From: Candidatus Zhuqueibacterota bacterium | GTDB taxonomy: Bacteria > Zhuqueibacterota > Zhuqueibacteria > Thermofontimicrobiales > Thiofontviventaceae | Direction: 5' to 3' | DNA: 64,000 nucleotides | Assembly (NCBI GenBank): GCA_016926625.1 | Contig: JAFGOE010000125.1 | Location: 21,341 to 85,340 of the forward strand | Shown: in pieces, positions 50,252-60,182 of the stretch | How the letters are laid out: every line of letters begins with the position of its first letter | Position numbering within the stretch: position 1 is the stretch's first letter | Translations under genes and position numbers: made by a program | Notes under the pieces: model-generated | What the model saw: the letters and a program-made list of their open reading frames with translations, nothing else | Databases searched by the model: none | Told to the model about the DNA's origin: nothing

Positions 50252-52366
50252 GTGGATGATAAACAGCAACATATTCTGGATTCTTCACCTCAATATCTGA
50301 AGGGGATCGGAGAAAAAAGAGCAAACGCACTCCGGGGTATCGGTGTACACACGGTTAGGGATTTGTTATATTACTTTCCGAGACGATATCTCGATCGGAG
50401 TAACATCACGCCAATGCAGCATATCAGGCGTGATCAGACGATCACCGCTGTCGGTAAGGTGATATCCGCTAATATCGTCAAAGGCCGCAAGACTAGGTAT
50501 GTTCTGCTGCTCTCTGACAATACAGGTTTCTTGATGTGTGTCTGGTTCAACAGAGTGCAGTATTGGGAGAAACTATTCAAGACCGGGGAGACGCTGGCCG
50601 TCAGTGGGAAAGTCACCTATTTCAATGGCAATCAACTGATACATCCTGAATTCGACCGATTGACCGATGAAGATGGTGAAAGTAACGATGAAAAGTTTCT
50701 GCATACCGGTGCCATCATTCCCCTCTATGCATCGACAGAAGCGTTGACGAAAATCGGACTCGATAGCCGGGGATTCCGCAGAATTATCAAGAATTTACTT
50801 CGTACTCACTCCGATTCTATTCCAGAAATTCTATCCGATACCCTGGTTCAGGAAAATCATCTTATCTCTCTGCAGAACGCTCTAAATAACATCCATTTTC
50901 CTCACAATTTTTCTAAGTTAGAAGCCGCACGGCGACGCTTGAAATTTGATGAGCTTTTCTACTTACAGCTCATGCTGGCTTATCGCAAACGATCCATAAA
51001 AGCGTTGCAGAAAGGCATTGAATTCAAGGTAGTGGGTGAGAGAACGAGACAGCTTGTCGAACGATTGCCCTTTAAATTTACCGATGCCCAGAGAAAGGTA
51101 CTTGGCGAGATACGTATCGATATGAAGAATCCGCATCCGATGTATCGGCTCATCCAGGGTGATGTCGGTTCCGGCAAGACGATCGTTGCGCTCGTCTCCA
51201 TGCTGATGGCGATTGAAAACGGATTTCAGACCGCTCTGATGGCACCGACAGAGATACTGGCAGAACAACACTACTTGACAACGCACCATTTGCTGGAAGA
51301 TCTCGGGGTCAACACGAAATTATTGATCGGTGCTCAACGTAAAACTGCTCACAACGAAATTTTGAACAGCATTCAAGACGGCAGCTGCGACATTGTTATC
51401 GGTACGCATGCCCTGATACAGGAAAATGTTGTTTTTAAAAATTTAGGCCTGATCGTGATCGACGAACAGCATCGATTCGGCGTCATGCAGCGGATGAACC
51501 TCATGAGCAAGGGGCACTATCCGGATATTCTGGTTATGACCGCGACGCCGATCCCACGGACCCTGTCGCTGACCACATACGGTGATCTGGATATTTCGGT
51601 GATCGATCAAATGCCTGCCGGACGCCGACCCGTCAAAACTCATCTGAGAACTGCCGACAAACGAGATAAAATTTACGAATACGTAAAAACTCAAGTCGGC
51701 ACTGGGAATCAGGCATACATCGTATTCCCGTTGATCGAAGAATCAGAGAAGATGGACCTCCAGGCAGCCACCGAGGCCTATGAACGGATGTCACAGACCA
51801 TCTTTTCTCAATTAAAATTAGCCCTGTTGCACGGCCGTATGAAGAGCGAGGAAAAAGATGATATCATGTCTCGATTCAAGTCCAGGGACATCGAAATACT
51901 GGTCAGTACCACGGTTATCGAAGTCGGCGTGGATATTCCGAACGCGAATTTGATCGTGATCGAAAATGCTGAGCGGTTTGGGCTATCACAGCTTCATCAA
52001 TTGAGAGGACGGGTCGGCAGGGGCAGTGAACAGGCACATTGCATTTTAATCGCAAAACCCCCCTTAACTCACGAGGCTCGATCCAGGTTGAACGCGCTGG
52101 TCGACACGAACGATGGATTTAAGATCGCTGAGTACGATCTGCAATTAAGGGGGCCCGGCGAATTTTTCGGAACCAAACAGCACGGTATGCCTGAGCTGCG
52201 TATCGCCGATCCGCTTGTCGACAAAGACCTCTTGCTTCTCACACGGGAAAAAGCATTCGAACTTGTCGATCGTGATCCGCAATTGTTGGATAAAGACAAC
52301 AAACCTATTCATGATAATTTTTCAAAATTTCATTCCGATAAGTTTAAATTGCTTCGATCAGGATAG
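50252..52366 (+). CDS. recG: ATP-dependent DNA helicase RecG
   Basis: There is a wedge domain followed by an SF2 helicase. Motif I is GDVGSGKT, the DEAH-type motif is VIDEQHRFG, and the C-terminal motif is QLRGRVGRG. Confidence 0.9.
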   Translation: MDDKQQHILDSSPQYLKGIGEKRANALRGIGVHTVRDLLYYFPRRYLDRSNITPMQHIRRDQTITAVGKVISANIVKGRKTRYVLLLSDNTGFLMCVWFNRVQYWEKLFKTGETLAVSGKVTYFNGNQLIHPEFDRLTDEDGESNDEKFLHTGAIIPLYASTEALTKIGLDSRGFRRIIKNLLRTHSDSIPEILSDTLVQENHLISLQNALNNIHFPHNFSKLEAARRRLKFDELFYLQLMLAYRKRSIKALQKGIEFKVVGERTRQLVERLPFKFTDAQRKVLGEIRIDMKNPHPMYRLIQGDVGSGKTIVALVSMLMAIENGFQTALMAPTEILAEQHYLTTHHLLEDLGVNTKLLIGAQRKTAHNEILNSIQDGSCDIVIGTHALIQENVVFKNLGLIVIDEQHRFGVMQRMNLMSKGHYPDILVMTATPIPRTLSLTTYGDLDISVIDQMPAGRRPVKTHLRTADKRDKIYEYVKTQVGTGNQAYIVFPLIEESEKMDLQAATEAYERMSQTIFSQLKLALLHGRMKSEEKDDIMSRFKSRDIEILVSTTVIEVGVDIPNANLIVIENAERFGLSQLHQLRGRVGRGSEQAHCILIAKPPLTHEARSRLNALVDTNDGFKIAEYDLQLRGPGEFFGTKQHGMPELRIADPLVDKDLLLLTREKAFELVDRDPQLLDKDNKPIHDNFSKFHSDKFKLLRSG

Positions 52367-52463
52367 TGTACCATCCTAATGAGTCCATCGACAATGTCTG
52401 ATAAAGAATTTGAATGTGATCATCGAATATGGACCATAAATATTCCTGAAAACGATTATTTTG

Positions 52464-52492
52464 TTGACATTCGATTGCCATTCATTTATATT
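52464..52492 (+). promoter_or_regulatory. Consensus promoter TTGACA-N17-TATATT about 190 nt upstream of the sensor gene
   Basis: The -35 hexamer is perfect and the spacer is 17 nt. The promoter is followed by a long untranslated leader that contains an 18-codon ORF (MEIASFKSISSSFCTASG). Confidence 0.35.
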
Positions 52493-52681
52493 AAGTTAGA
52501 CTACGGTCATCACAGGATGCGAGGCTGTTAACTATGGAAATCGCTTCTTTTAAAAGTATTTCAAGCAGCTTTTGCACTGCATCTGGCTAAATGATGATGG
52601 TTCATTATCAGTAATCATTTCCGGATCGATTAACTAAGTAAATTTCATCTATCAGAAAGCTCCTCTTAAGCAGAATTCATT

Positions 52682-54784
52682 ATGGTACTTAAACACACAG
52701 AAAAATATCTAAATATCATACCGATAGCAGCGCTGTCGCTCGTACTGGTGATTGATATCATCTCGTTTCTGCGTCGCAGCGTGATCATGATGGTTCCATA
52801 CATCAGAGAGCTTCTCATCGTGCTTGGCATTCTGTGTGTGATATTCATGATATACCAGACGAGATGGCTGAGGGGGAAAACGATCCTGGCAAAGGTCAAA
52901 CTGTTAGCCGTGACCATTGTGGGGCTTTACATCGGATATTTTTTACCCAAAATAGTCCTCTTAAGCGGATTTGAGATGGGACAAACAGGAACCACGGGAT
53001 ATTTTTCATCTTTAAATGTACTGATCTATTCGACACTGACATCGCTCAGCGTGACTTTCTTATGCATCATCGCTTTGCACTTGTTAGGTTACCTGATTTA
53101 TATCAAGCGCAGGAAAACAACGCATCGAAATTTTCTATTTACGATCATCATCATGGCAGGCCAATTTCTTTATCTGCAAGGGATCAGCGTTGCCGGATCG
53201 AAACCCGTTTCATTATCTGCAGGCGGTCCGATCGGTGCGATTTTATTAATCAGCCTGATCGTATCGTTTGTCATCAATTCATCTCGCAATTCCTGGATCT
53301 ATTTTTTTAACCGCAGCCAAAAGATCGCTCTGTTTTTTGCCGGATTTCTGCTTGTACCGATCTCTTACGGTCTCGTTAACATCCCCTTAAATCAGGTGAT
53401 CGCAGCCTACAGTCCTTCTCTGGGAATCTTAACGATGCAAACCTCACTGTTTATTTTTATTTATTTGGTCATTGCTGAGCTCATTTTATTGTTTCACCTG
53501 CCTACTGCGGGCTTGTATGATAAAAAGACCAGGGAGATCAGTACATATCACCAGTTGAGCCGTTCGATATCAATGGAATTTAATCCTGATAAGGTCGTCG
53601 ATCAGATCACTCAGCAATCATTAAGCGTCATTGATGCCGATGCGAACTGGTTAGAATTGATCGACCATGAAACAGGGAAGCTTGAGATTGTCTCTTCGAA
53701 TCGCATACCTGACTCAGATCGGGATATTTTGAAGGCGACGGAGAACGATCAAATCGCATTATGGATTATAAAAAACAAGCGGCATATTCTGATCAACGAC
53801 ATAAGTAAAGACGAAAAAGCAGCTGTATTCCGAACTCTCGATAGCAATATTGCTTCACTCGTTGCGGTCCCTCTCATATCGTATGAGAAGTTATTAGGAA
53901 TTTTATTTGCGGTCAAATATGAACAATACGGGTTCGCTGATGAGCACGTGGATACACTGCAGGCGTTCGCCGATCAAGCGGCCATCGCTTTGGAAAACGC
54001 CAGACTTGTCCGCGAATCGATCGAGAAAGAGCGGCTGGAGCAAGAACTAAAAATTGCACATGATGCGCAGATGAAATTACTCCCGAAATCCATGCCCCGT
54101 CTTTCCAATTATCAAATCGAAGCAATCTGCGTGACCGCTAATGAAGTCGGTGGAGATTATTACGATTTCTTTCAGCTATCGAAGGATAAACTAGGAATTG
54201 TCATTGGGGATGTCTCCGGCAAAGGACCGGAAGCAGCTTTTCATATGGCTGAGATTAAAGGTGTCATCGAATCGCTATCGCACATCTATGAATCACCGAT
54301 GGAGATCCTGATCAGGACGAACAAGATTATCTATGAAAATCTTGATCCTGACATGTTTATTACATTGAGCTACGGGATACTGGATACGAAGACGAATACT
54401 CTCAAATTCTCCAGAGCAGGACATTGTCCGCTCATTCATTATGTATACGATGAAGACGAGGTCAGATTAATCGAACCACACGGTATCGGTGTAGGGCTTG
54501 AAAAGGGTGATCTATTTACCAGGAATATCGAAGAAATTCAAATCAAAATACAGCCTGCTGATATACTTCTTTTCTATACTGACGGTATCGTCGAAGCGCA
54601 AAACACGAGTCAAGAAGAATTCGGAGAAGAACGTTTGCAATTAAAAGTAAAGCAATTAAAAGACGAGACCGCTTCCGACATGATGAGGAAAATTATCCAG
54701 TCGATACAATCGTTCGCCGGTTCTGCGAAACCGCACGACGATTTAAGCATGGTGATCGTTAAACAAAATCATCACTTAAGATGA
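52682..54784 (+). CDS. Membrane sensor: polytopic (about 8-10 TM) N-domain, GAF, then PP2C/SpoIIE-type Ser/Thr phosphatase
   Basis: The N-terminal 270 aa are hydrophobic helices. The GAF-like middle region follows. The PP2C region includes GDYYDFF...GDVSGKGPEAAFHMAEIKG...YTDGIVEA. Confidence 0.75.
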   Translation: MVLKHTEKYLNIIPIAALSLVLVIDIISFLRRSVIMMVPYIRELLIVLGILCVIFMIYQTRWLRGKTILAKVKLLAVTIVGLYIGYFLPKIVLLSGFEMGQTGTTGYFSSLNVLIYSTLTSLSVTFLCIIALHLLGYLIYIKRRKTTHRNFLFTIIIMAGQFLYLQGISVAGSKPVSLSAGGPIGAILLISLIVSFVINSSRNSWIYFFNRSQKIALFFAGFLLVPISYGLVNIPLNQVIAAYSPSLGILTMQTSLFIFIYLVIAELILLFHLPTAGLYDKKTREISTYHQLSRSISMEFNPDKVVDQITQQSLSVIDADANWLELIDHETGKLEIVSSNRIPDSDRDILKATENDQIALWIIKNKRHILINDISKDEKAAVFRTLDSNIASLVAVPLISYEKLLGILFAVKYEQYGFADEHVDTLQAFADQAAIALENARLVRESIEKERLEQELKIAHDAQMKLLPKSMPRLSNYQIEAICVTANEVGGDYYDFFQLSKDKLGIVIGDVSGKGPEAAFHMAEIKGVIESLSHIYESPMEILIRTNKIIYENLDPDMFITLSYGILDTKTNTLKFSRAGHCPLIHYVYDEDEVRLIEPHGIGVGLEKGDLFTRNIEEIQIKIQPADILLFYTDGIVEAQNTSQEEFGEERLQLKVKQLKDETASDMMRKIIQSIQSFAGSAKPHDDLSMVIVKQNHHLR

Positions 54785-54793
54785 AAAAAAACA

Positions 54794-54822
54794 TTGACAA
54801 AGTTCATGATGTTTATTATATT
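54794..54822 (+). promoter_or_regulatory. Consensus promoter TTGACA-N17-TATATT driving the aromatic-operon leader
   Basis: The -35 hexamer is perfect and the spacer is 17 nt. It shares the 10-mer TTGACAAAGT with the gatC promoter. Confidence 0.45.
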
Positions 54823-54869
54823 ATAGTCATCGTGTTATGGTCTTTACGCTAACCAGGGGTAAATTCACG

Positions 54870-54950
54870 ATGCATATCCTCAGCATAACCTATACAATAT
54901 TCTATTATTATTATTTTCTATCCGCGTTACGCAGCAGGAGTTCGGACTAA
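54870..54950 (+). CDS. Tyr/Phe-rich leader peptide (26 aa: MHILSITYTIFYYYYFLSALRSRSSD)
   Basis: The ATG lies 10 nt after GGGG. There are four consecutive Tyr codons flanked by Phe. It is located between the promoter and an intrinsic terminator directly upstream of the chorismate mutase/DAHPS/tyrA operon. Confidence 0.5.
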   Translation: MHILSITYTIFYYYYFLSALRSRSSD

Positions 54951-54982
54951 CGTTAGATAAAGCATTCTAAATAAAGTAAATG

Positions 54983-55014
54983 AACCCGCTGCCTGAGAAA
55001 GCGGGTTTTTTTTT
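54983..55014 (+). terminator. Intrinsic terminator (attenuator) 12 nt upstream of the chorismate mutase start
   Basis: AACCCGC-(11-nt loop)-GCGGGTT is followed by nine T. The SD sequence GAGG and the CM ATG follow immediately. Confidence 0.55.
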
Positions 55015-55026
55015 GAGGTCACTGCC

Positions 55027-55317
55027 ATGGAGTTAGAAAATTTAAGGGAAGCGATCAACGAAATCGACAGAGAATTGGTCGTGTTATTGAACAAAAGAGC
55101 AGACCTTGCCCTGCGGATCGGTAAAATCAAATTGCTTCATCGGATGCCGATTCACGACATGGCGCGGGAACTGATTGTGCTGGAAAATATCACTTCGGCA
55201 AACAATGGGCCTCTAAAAGATCTGCAGCTGAGAACGATATTTAAAACAATTATGAGTTCGTGCCGTGAAGTACAAAATCATTTAGGGGAGCAATATGATT
55301 ATCGTAATGAAGAATGA
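55027..55317 (+). CDS. Chorismate mutase (AroQ class)
   Basis: The size is 96 aa. The sequence LENLREAINEIDRELVVLLNKRADLALRIGKIK matches the AroQ helical CM. Confidence 0.85.
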   Translation: MELENLREAINEIDRELVVLLNKRADLALRIGKIKLLHRMPIHDMARELIVLENITSANNGPLKDLQLRTIFKTIMSSCREVQNHLGEQYDYRNEE

Positions 55318-56308
55318 CGCCTCAGAGGCGCAAATTAAGGCTGTCGCTGATAAGTTAGTTGATTTGGGATTAAAGGTACATCGAAGCGATGGTGAAGCCA
55401 GAACGATCATCGGTGCTATCGGGGACACCTCCAAGGTCGATGATATCGTCATCAAGTATATGGCCGGTGTTCTCAATGTGGTGCGCATTATTGAACCGTA
55501 CAAATTAGCGAGTCGCAATTTTCATGAAGATTCCAGCGTAGTCGAGATCGGAGATATCAGGATCGGTGCTGAAAAAGTGATCATCATTGCTGGGCCCTGC
55601 GCTGTGGAATCCGAAGATCAGGTCACGGAAATAGCGAAGTTAATTAAGGAAGCGGGCGCATCGATATTGAGAGGCGGAGCTTTTAAACCCCGATCATCAC
55701 CCTATTCATTTCAGGGATTGGGAGAACAGGGTTTAAAATTACTGCACGCCGCGGGTAAACAATACGAATTACCTGTCGTCTCTGAAATTTTAGAAGCCTC
55801 TCATATTGAGCTGATGGATCAATATGTGGATATCTATCAGGTCGGTGCGAGGAACATGCAAAACTTCTGGTTGTTACGGGAATTGAGTAAGATCAGAAAA
55901 CCCGTGCTGTTAAAACGTGGCATGGCTGCGACCATCGAAGAATTGTTGATGGCAGCCGAGTACCTGATGTCGGGTGGAAATTATAATGTTATCCTGTGCG
56001 AGCGCGGCATAAGGACCTTCGAGAATTACACTCGAAACACGATGGATATCTCCGCGATCCCTGTAGTCAAAAAACTAAGCCATCTCCCGATTATCGCCGA
56101 TCCGAGTCATGGGACAGGGATACGCGATCATGTGGCACCGATGGCCAGAGCCGCAGTTGCAGCCGGTGCCGACGGCCTGATGATCGAGGTCCACAACAAT
56201 CCCGCCGCCGCTCTCTCGGATGGGCCGCAATCTTTGCTCCCGAATCAATTTAAAATGCTCATGGAGGAGTTAAAAATTATCTCATGGGCTATCGGAAGGT
56301 CGGTGTAG
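55295..56308 (+). CDS. aroF: 3-deoxy-7-phosphoheptulonate (DAHP) synthase, class I-beta, with N-terminal ferredoxin-like regulatory domain
   Basis: The catalytic core ([13 protein letters not shown]...[13 protein letters not shown]...IADPSHGTG) is of KDO8PS-like I-beta type. The N-terminal extension of about 70 aa resembles the Thermotoga-type FL/ACT domain. The gene overlaps the CM gene by 23 nt. Confidence 0.85.
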   Translation: MIIVMKNDASEAQIKAVADKLVDLGLKVHRSDGEARTIIGAIGDTSKVDDIVIKYMAGVLNVVRIIEPYKLASRNFHEDSSVVEIGDIRIGAEKVIIIAGPCAVESEDQVTEIAKLIKEAGASILRGGAFKPRSSPYSFQGLGEQGLKLLHAAGKQYELPVVSEILEASHIELMDQYVDIYQVGARNMQNFWLLRELSKIRKPVLLKRGMAATIEELLMAAEYLMSGGNYNVILCERGIRTFENYTRNTMDISAIPVVKKLSHLPIIADPSHGTGIRDHVAPMARAAVAAGADGLMIEVHNNPAAALSDGPQSLLPNQFKMLMEELKIISWAIGRSV

Positions 56309-56310
56309 AC

Positions 56311-57414
56311 ATGAGCGATGTATCGAAAATAACAATCATCGGACTGGGTCTCATCGGAGGATCGCTGGGACTTGCATTATCCAATAAAAAAGAATACGAT
56401 AGAATCTACGGAATCGATGAATTTTCCGTGGTTCACCACGCCATGGAACGCGGCATCATAGATCAGGGATTTACACCGGAGGATAGCGAAACAGCCTTAC
56501 GAGACTGTGACCTGGTCTTCCTCTGCACACCCATTTACACCATTCTCGACTACCTGAAAACGATAACGAAATGGATACGACCAGGGACAGTGGTCTGCGA
56601 CGTCGGCAGCACAAAGGGTCAAATCGTCAATGCAGCGAATCAATATTTTAACGATGCATCGGTTTATTTTCTGGGGACTCACCCAATGGCCGGCGCTGAA
56701 ACCCGAGGCATCGAAGCGGCGGATGCCTATCTGTTTGAAAACATCGTATGGGTGTTGACTCCATTTCAAAAAATTCCTGACCAGAAAATCAGGGACATCG
56801 GAACAATTCTGGAATCGATTGGTGCAAAAGTATTGTTACTCTCACCGGAACTGCACGATAAGATTGCTGCTGCCGTGAGTCATTTGCCGCAGATGGCCGC
56901 GATCGCTTTGACCAATCTAATATCAAGACTGCAACAGGAAAACATGAACTACATCCGACTCGCTGCAGGAGGATTCCGTGATATGACCCGTATCGCATCC
57001 AGCCCTTACTCTGTTTGGAAAGACATCTGCGGAACCAACAAAGAACAAATCGCTTTCTTTATCGATCAGTTCATCGATGAATTAAAGAGAGTGAAAGAGC
57101 ATGTGCTGAACGATAAACTCGAGCCTGATTTTGAAAACTCGAACGTGACACGCCTCTCTATTCCGCGCGACACCAGAGGATTTCTGAAACCTGCTTACGA
57201 TGTCTCGATTGGCGTGCAGGACAAGCCGGGCGTCATTGCCGAAATCAGCACCGCGCTGGCGAACGAAGGCATCAACATCAAGGACATCGAGGTATTAAAA
57301 GTGCGTGAAGGTGAAGGCGGAACATTCCGCATGTCATTTTCGAGCAGCTCCGATAGAGACTGGGCAATTGGTATCATCCGTCATATCGGTTATTCATGTT
57401 ATGCACGTGATTAA
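56311..57414 (+). CDS. tyrA: Prephenate dehydrogenase with C-terminal ACT domain
   Basis: The NAD fold is ITIIGLGLIGGSLGLAL. The ACT domain is VSIGVQDKPGVIAEISTALANEGINIKDI. Confidence 0.85.
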   Translation: MSDVSKITIIGLGLIGGSLGLALSNKKEYDRIYGIDEFSVVHHAMERGIIDQGFTPEDSETALRDCDLVFLCTPIYTILDYLKTITKWIRPGTVVCDVGSTKGQIVNAANQYFNDASVYFLGTHPMAGAETRGIEAADAYLFENIVWVLTPFQKIPDQKIRDIGTILESIGAKVLLLSPELHDKIAAAVSHLPQMAAIALTNLISRLQQENMNYIRLAAGGFRDMTRIASSPYSVWKDICGTNKEQIAFFIDQFIDELKRVKEHVLNDKLEPDFENSNVTRLSIPRDTRGFLKPAYDVSIGVQDKPGVIAEISTALANEGINIKDIEVLKVREGEGGTFRMSFSSSSDRDWAIGIIRHIGYSCYARD

Positions 57415-57428
57415 ATCAGGGAATATGA

Positions 57429-58736
57429 ATGAACATTTCATTATCACCATGTTTTAATTTATCCGGTATCATATCGATGAACGGTGATAAATCGATCTCT
57501 CATCGGGCGTTGATGTTTGGCGCAATCGCTCAGAGTGTAACACATATCACTAATTTATCAACCAGCGAAGATGTGAGCAGTACGGAACGATGTCTCAAAC
57601 AATTAGGGATTAAGATCGTGAGACAGGAAGGGGTAACCATGGTCCACGGAGTGGGTCTTCGCGGATTCCAAAGACCGTTACGACCCCTGGATGCAGGGAA
57701 TTCAGGTACTACCATGCGGCTGCTGACTGGATTACTCGTGGGGCAGGATTTTGATGCGATATTGACGGGTGATGAATCACTACGGAAACGGCCGATGAAA
57801 CGCATTTTAGAACCCTTATCTCGCATGGGTGCGTCGATTAAGGCGACAACGGGGAATTTCGCACCGCTGAATATTCACGGATCTCCGATCTTTTCAACGA
57901 CCTATACCATGCCCATCGCCAGCGCACAGGTAAAATCCTGTCTGCTGATGGCGGCGTTATATGCCAGAGGAGTGACAACGATCCATGAAAATGCCGCGAC
58001 ACGAAATCATACAGAACTCATGTTAGCAGATTTCAACGTTAAAATCGACGTCGAAGCTCATCGCATCTCGATCAAGGGCGATCAACAACTGTTAGCAAAT
58101 GATATTGCGGTTCCTGGTGATGTCTCCTCGGCCTCATTTTTCCTCGCCGCGGCGCTACTTACTCCGAACTCAACGGTGACCATCAGAAATGTGGGACTCA
58201 ATCCGACGCGTCTTGGATTCATCAGAGTGCTGCAAAAGATGGGCGCCCAGATCGTTATCAATCCTGTCATCAGTAATCAACAGGAGCCTTTTGGAGATAT
58301 CACTGTCCGAACCTCCCCCTTGCGAAGCATCACCCTGACGGCGGAAACTATTCCCTCCCTCATCGATGAACTGCCCATTTTCGCCATTATCGCTTCGCAG
58401 GCTAAAGGAGTTACCACAGTCACCGGTGCGAAAGAGCTGCGATTTAAAGAGAGCGATCGTTTGAGAGCTATATCGCATAATTTGAAACAAATGGGAGTCG
58501 AGATTAATGAGTTGGACGATGGTTTTATCATCTATGGGATACAACAATTAAAAGGTGCCCATATCGATTCATATCATGATCATCGTATCGCCATGGCGTT
58601 TTCGGTTGCGGCACTCATAGCGTCTGGCGTGACCACGATTCACGATGCTGAATGTATATCGATATCTATGCCCGAATTCTTTCAGGTGATGGATTCGATC
58701 ATTCAGAATTCGAATTATTATACGACTATTGTATAA
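57429..58736 (+). CDS. aroA: 3-phosphoshikimate 1-carboxyvinyltransferase (EPSP synthase)
   Basis: GDKSISHRALMFGAIAQ is the EPSPS N-terminal motif. LDAGNSGTTMRLL and RPM are also present. Confidence 0.9.
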   Translation: MNISLSPCFNLSGIISMNGDKSISHRALMFGAIAQSVTHITNLSTSEDVSSTERCLKQLGIKIVRQEGVTMVHGVGLRGFQRPLRPLDAGNSGTTMRLLTGLLVGQDFDAILTGDESLRKRPMKRILEPLSRMGASIKATTGNFAPLNIHGSPIFSTTYTMPIASAQVKSCLLMAALYARGVTTIHENAATRNHTELMLADFNVKIDVEAHRISIKGDQQLLANDIAVPGDVSSASFFLAAALLTPNSTVTIRNVGLNPTRLGFIRVLQKMGAQIVINPVISNQQEPFGDITVRTSPLRSITLTAETIPSLIDELPIFAIIASQAKGVTTVTGAKELRFKESDRLRAISHNLKQMGVEINELDDGFIIYGIQQLKGAHIDSYHDHRIAMAFSVAALIASGVTTIHDAECISISMPEFFQVMDSIIQNSNYYTTIV

Positions 58737-58753
58737 CAAGAAATAGGAATGAT

Positions 58754-59614
58754 ATGCTAAAATTTGCCATTATAGGAGATCCCGTGGCGCATTCGCTGTC
58801 GCCTCTGATGCATTCATCGTTCTATGATTATTATCGCATTGATGCTGATTACAACGCCATTCTGGTTAAACCGAACGATTTAAAGGAATTTCTGCAAAAT
58901 CTCAGGGACAGCGATTATCTGGGGATCAACGTCACAATTCCACATAAAGAGAGTGTCATCCCTTTTCTTGATGCTGTGAGTAAAGAGGCGCAAACGATAG
59001 GAGCTGTGAATTGTATCCTTAGAAGAAATGGGAAACTGATAGGTTATAACACGGATATGAGCGGCTTCGAAGCGAGTCTGCCGGTTTCAATGTATGGAGA
59101 AAAGACAGTAATCATCGGAGCAGGAGGTGCAGCACGTTCCATCTTGACCGCCTGCATCAACGCTGGTTCCCAGCAGATCGTCATCTTTAACCGCACACCA
59201 GAGAAAGCGGAGAAATTGAGAACGGAGTTCTCAGGGAAGTTTCCTCATACCGTACTTAAAGCTTATGCACTGGCTGATCCGATACTAAAATCGGAATTAT
59301 CACAAGCCAGTCTACTCATCAACGCGACATCGTCTGGAATGGAACCCGACTCTGATGAAAGACTGCCGCTGCGACCGGAGGATCTGCATCAGGGAATTTT
59401 CGTATACGATGTCGTTTATACCCCACCGACAACGGATCTGATCAAAATCGCTATTCAAGCCGGGGTCAGCTATTTAAATGGACTCGATATGCTGATACAC
59501 CAGGGGCTGGAGTCGTTAAAAATTTGGTTAAATCATGAATTACCGTTCCAAAAATCGCTGATAAAACGAACAAAATCCGAATTGATGAGTAAATTATTAG
59601 ATAATAACTCGTGA
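58754..59614 (+). CDS. aroE: Shikimate dehydrogenase
   Basis: The N-terminus is FAIIGDPVAHSLSPLMH and the NADP site is GAGGAARS. The start was moved to MLKF (ATG 58754). Confidence 0.9.
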   Translation: MLKFAIIGDPVAHSLSPLMHSSFYDYYRIDADYNAILVKPNDLKEFLQNLRDSDYLGINVTIPHKESVIPFLDAVSKEAQTIGAVNCILRRNGKLIGYNTDMSGFEASLPVSMYGEKTVIIGAGGAARSILTACINAGSQQIVIFNRTPEKAEKLRTEFSGKFPHTVLKAYALADPILKSELSQASLLINATSSGMEPDSDERLPLRPEDLHQGIFVYDVVYTPPTTDLIKIAIQAGVSYLNGLDMLIHQGLESLKIWLNHELPFQKSLIKRTKSELMSKLLDNNS

Positions 59615-59636
59615 AAAATAACTAAAACAGATCATC

Positions 59637-60182
59637 ATGCAACTACAAACCCACATCTTTTTAATCGGCTTTATGGGATGCGGCAAGACAACAATTGGTA
59701 AAGATCTTGCGGTTAAATTTAATGTTCAGTTTATCGATACAGACGTAATCATTTCTGAGAAAACAAATCTCTCAATACCGGATATATTTGAGAAATGGGG
59801 AGAAAGTAAATTCAGAGAAATCGAAACACAGGTCATTGGGTCTATCGTCGCGCTTCCCCCATCCATCATATCATTAGGTGGAGGAGCTATTTTATCGGAA
59901 CAAAACCGTTCTGTCATTTTCAATTCGGGTCTGTCGATTTACCTCAAATGGCGAGTAAAAACGCTTTTCAAACGGCTGGCTGATTGTGATAGCAGACCGC
60001 TTTTAAGCAATATCCCTCAATCCAAATTGCTCGAACAGATCATGAGCATGATGAACGAACGATCAAAATATTATGAGCGCGCGCACATTGTCATACCCGG
60101 AGATCGATATAAAAATATTAATCTTTTGATTGAACACATAATTCATGAAATCTCAACCTATAAAATTCCAACGATCCGTTAA
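59637..60182 (+). CDS. aroK: Shikimate kinase
   Basis: The P-loop is IFLIGFMGCGKTTIGKDLA. The size is 181 aa. Confidence 0.9.
   Translation: MQLQTHIFLIGFMGCGKTTIGKDLAVKFNVQFIDTDVIISEKTNLSIPDIFEKWGESKFREIETQVIGSIVALPPSIISLGGGAILSEQNRSVIFNSGLSIYLKWRVKTLFKRLADCDSRPLLSNIPQSKLLEQIMSMMNERSKYYERAHIVIPGDRYKNINLLIEHIIHEISTYKIPTIR

Noticed and set aside
54830-55014. T-box riboswitch as an alternative explanation for the aromatic-operon leader
   Set aside because: No T-box consensus (AATTAGGGTGGNACCGCG) or specifier-loop architecture is visible. A Tyr/Phe-rich mini-ORF is present instead, so peptide-mediated attenuation fits better.
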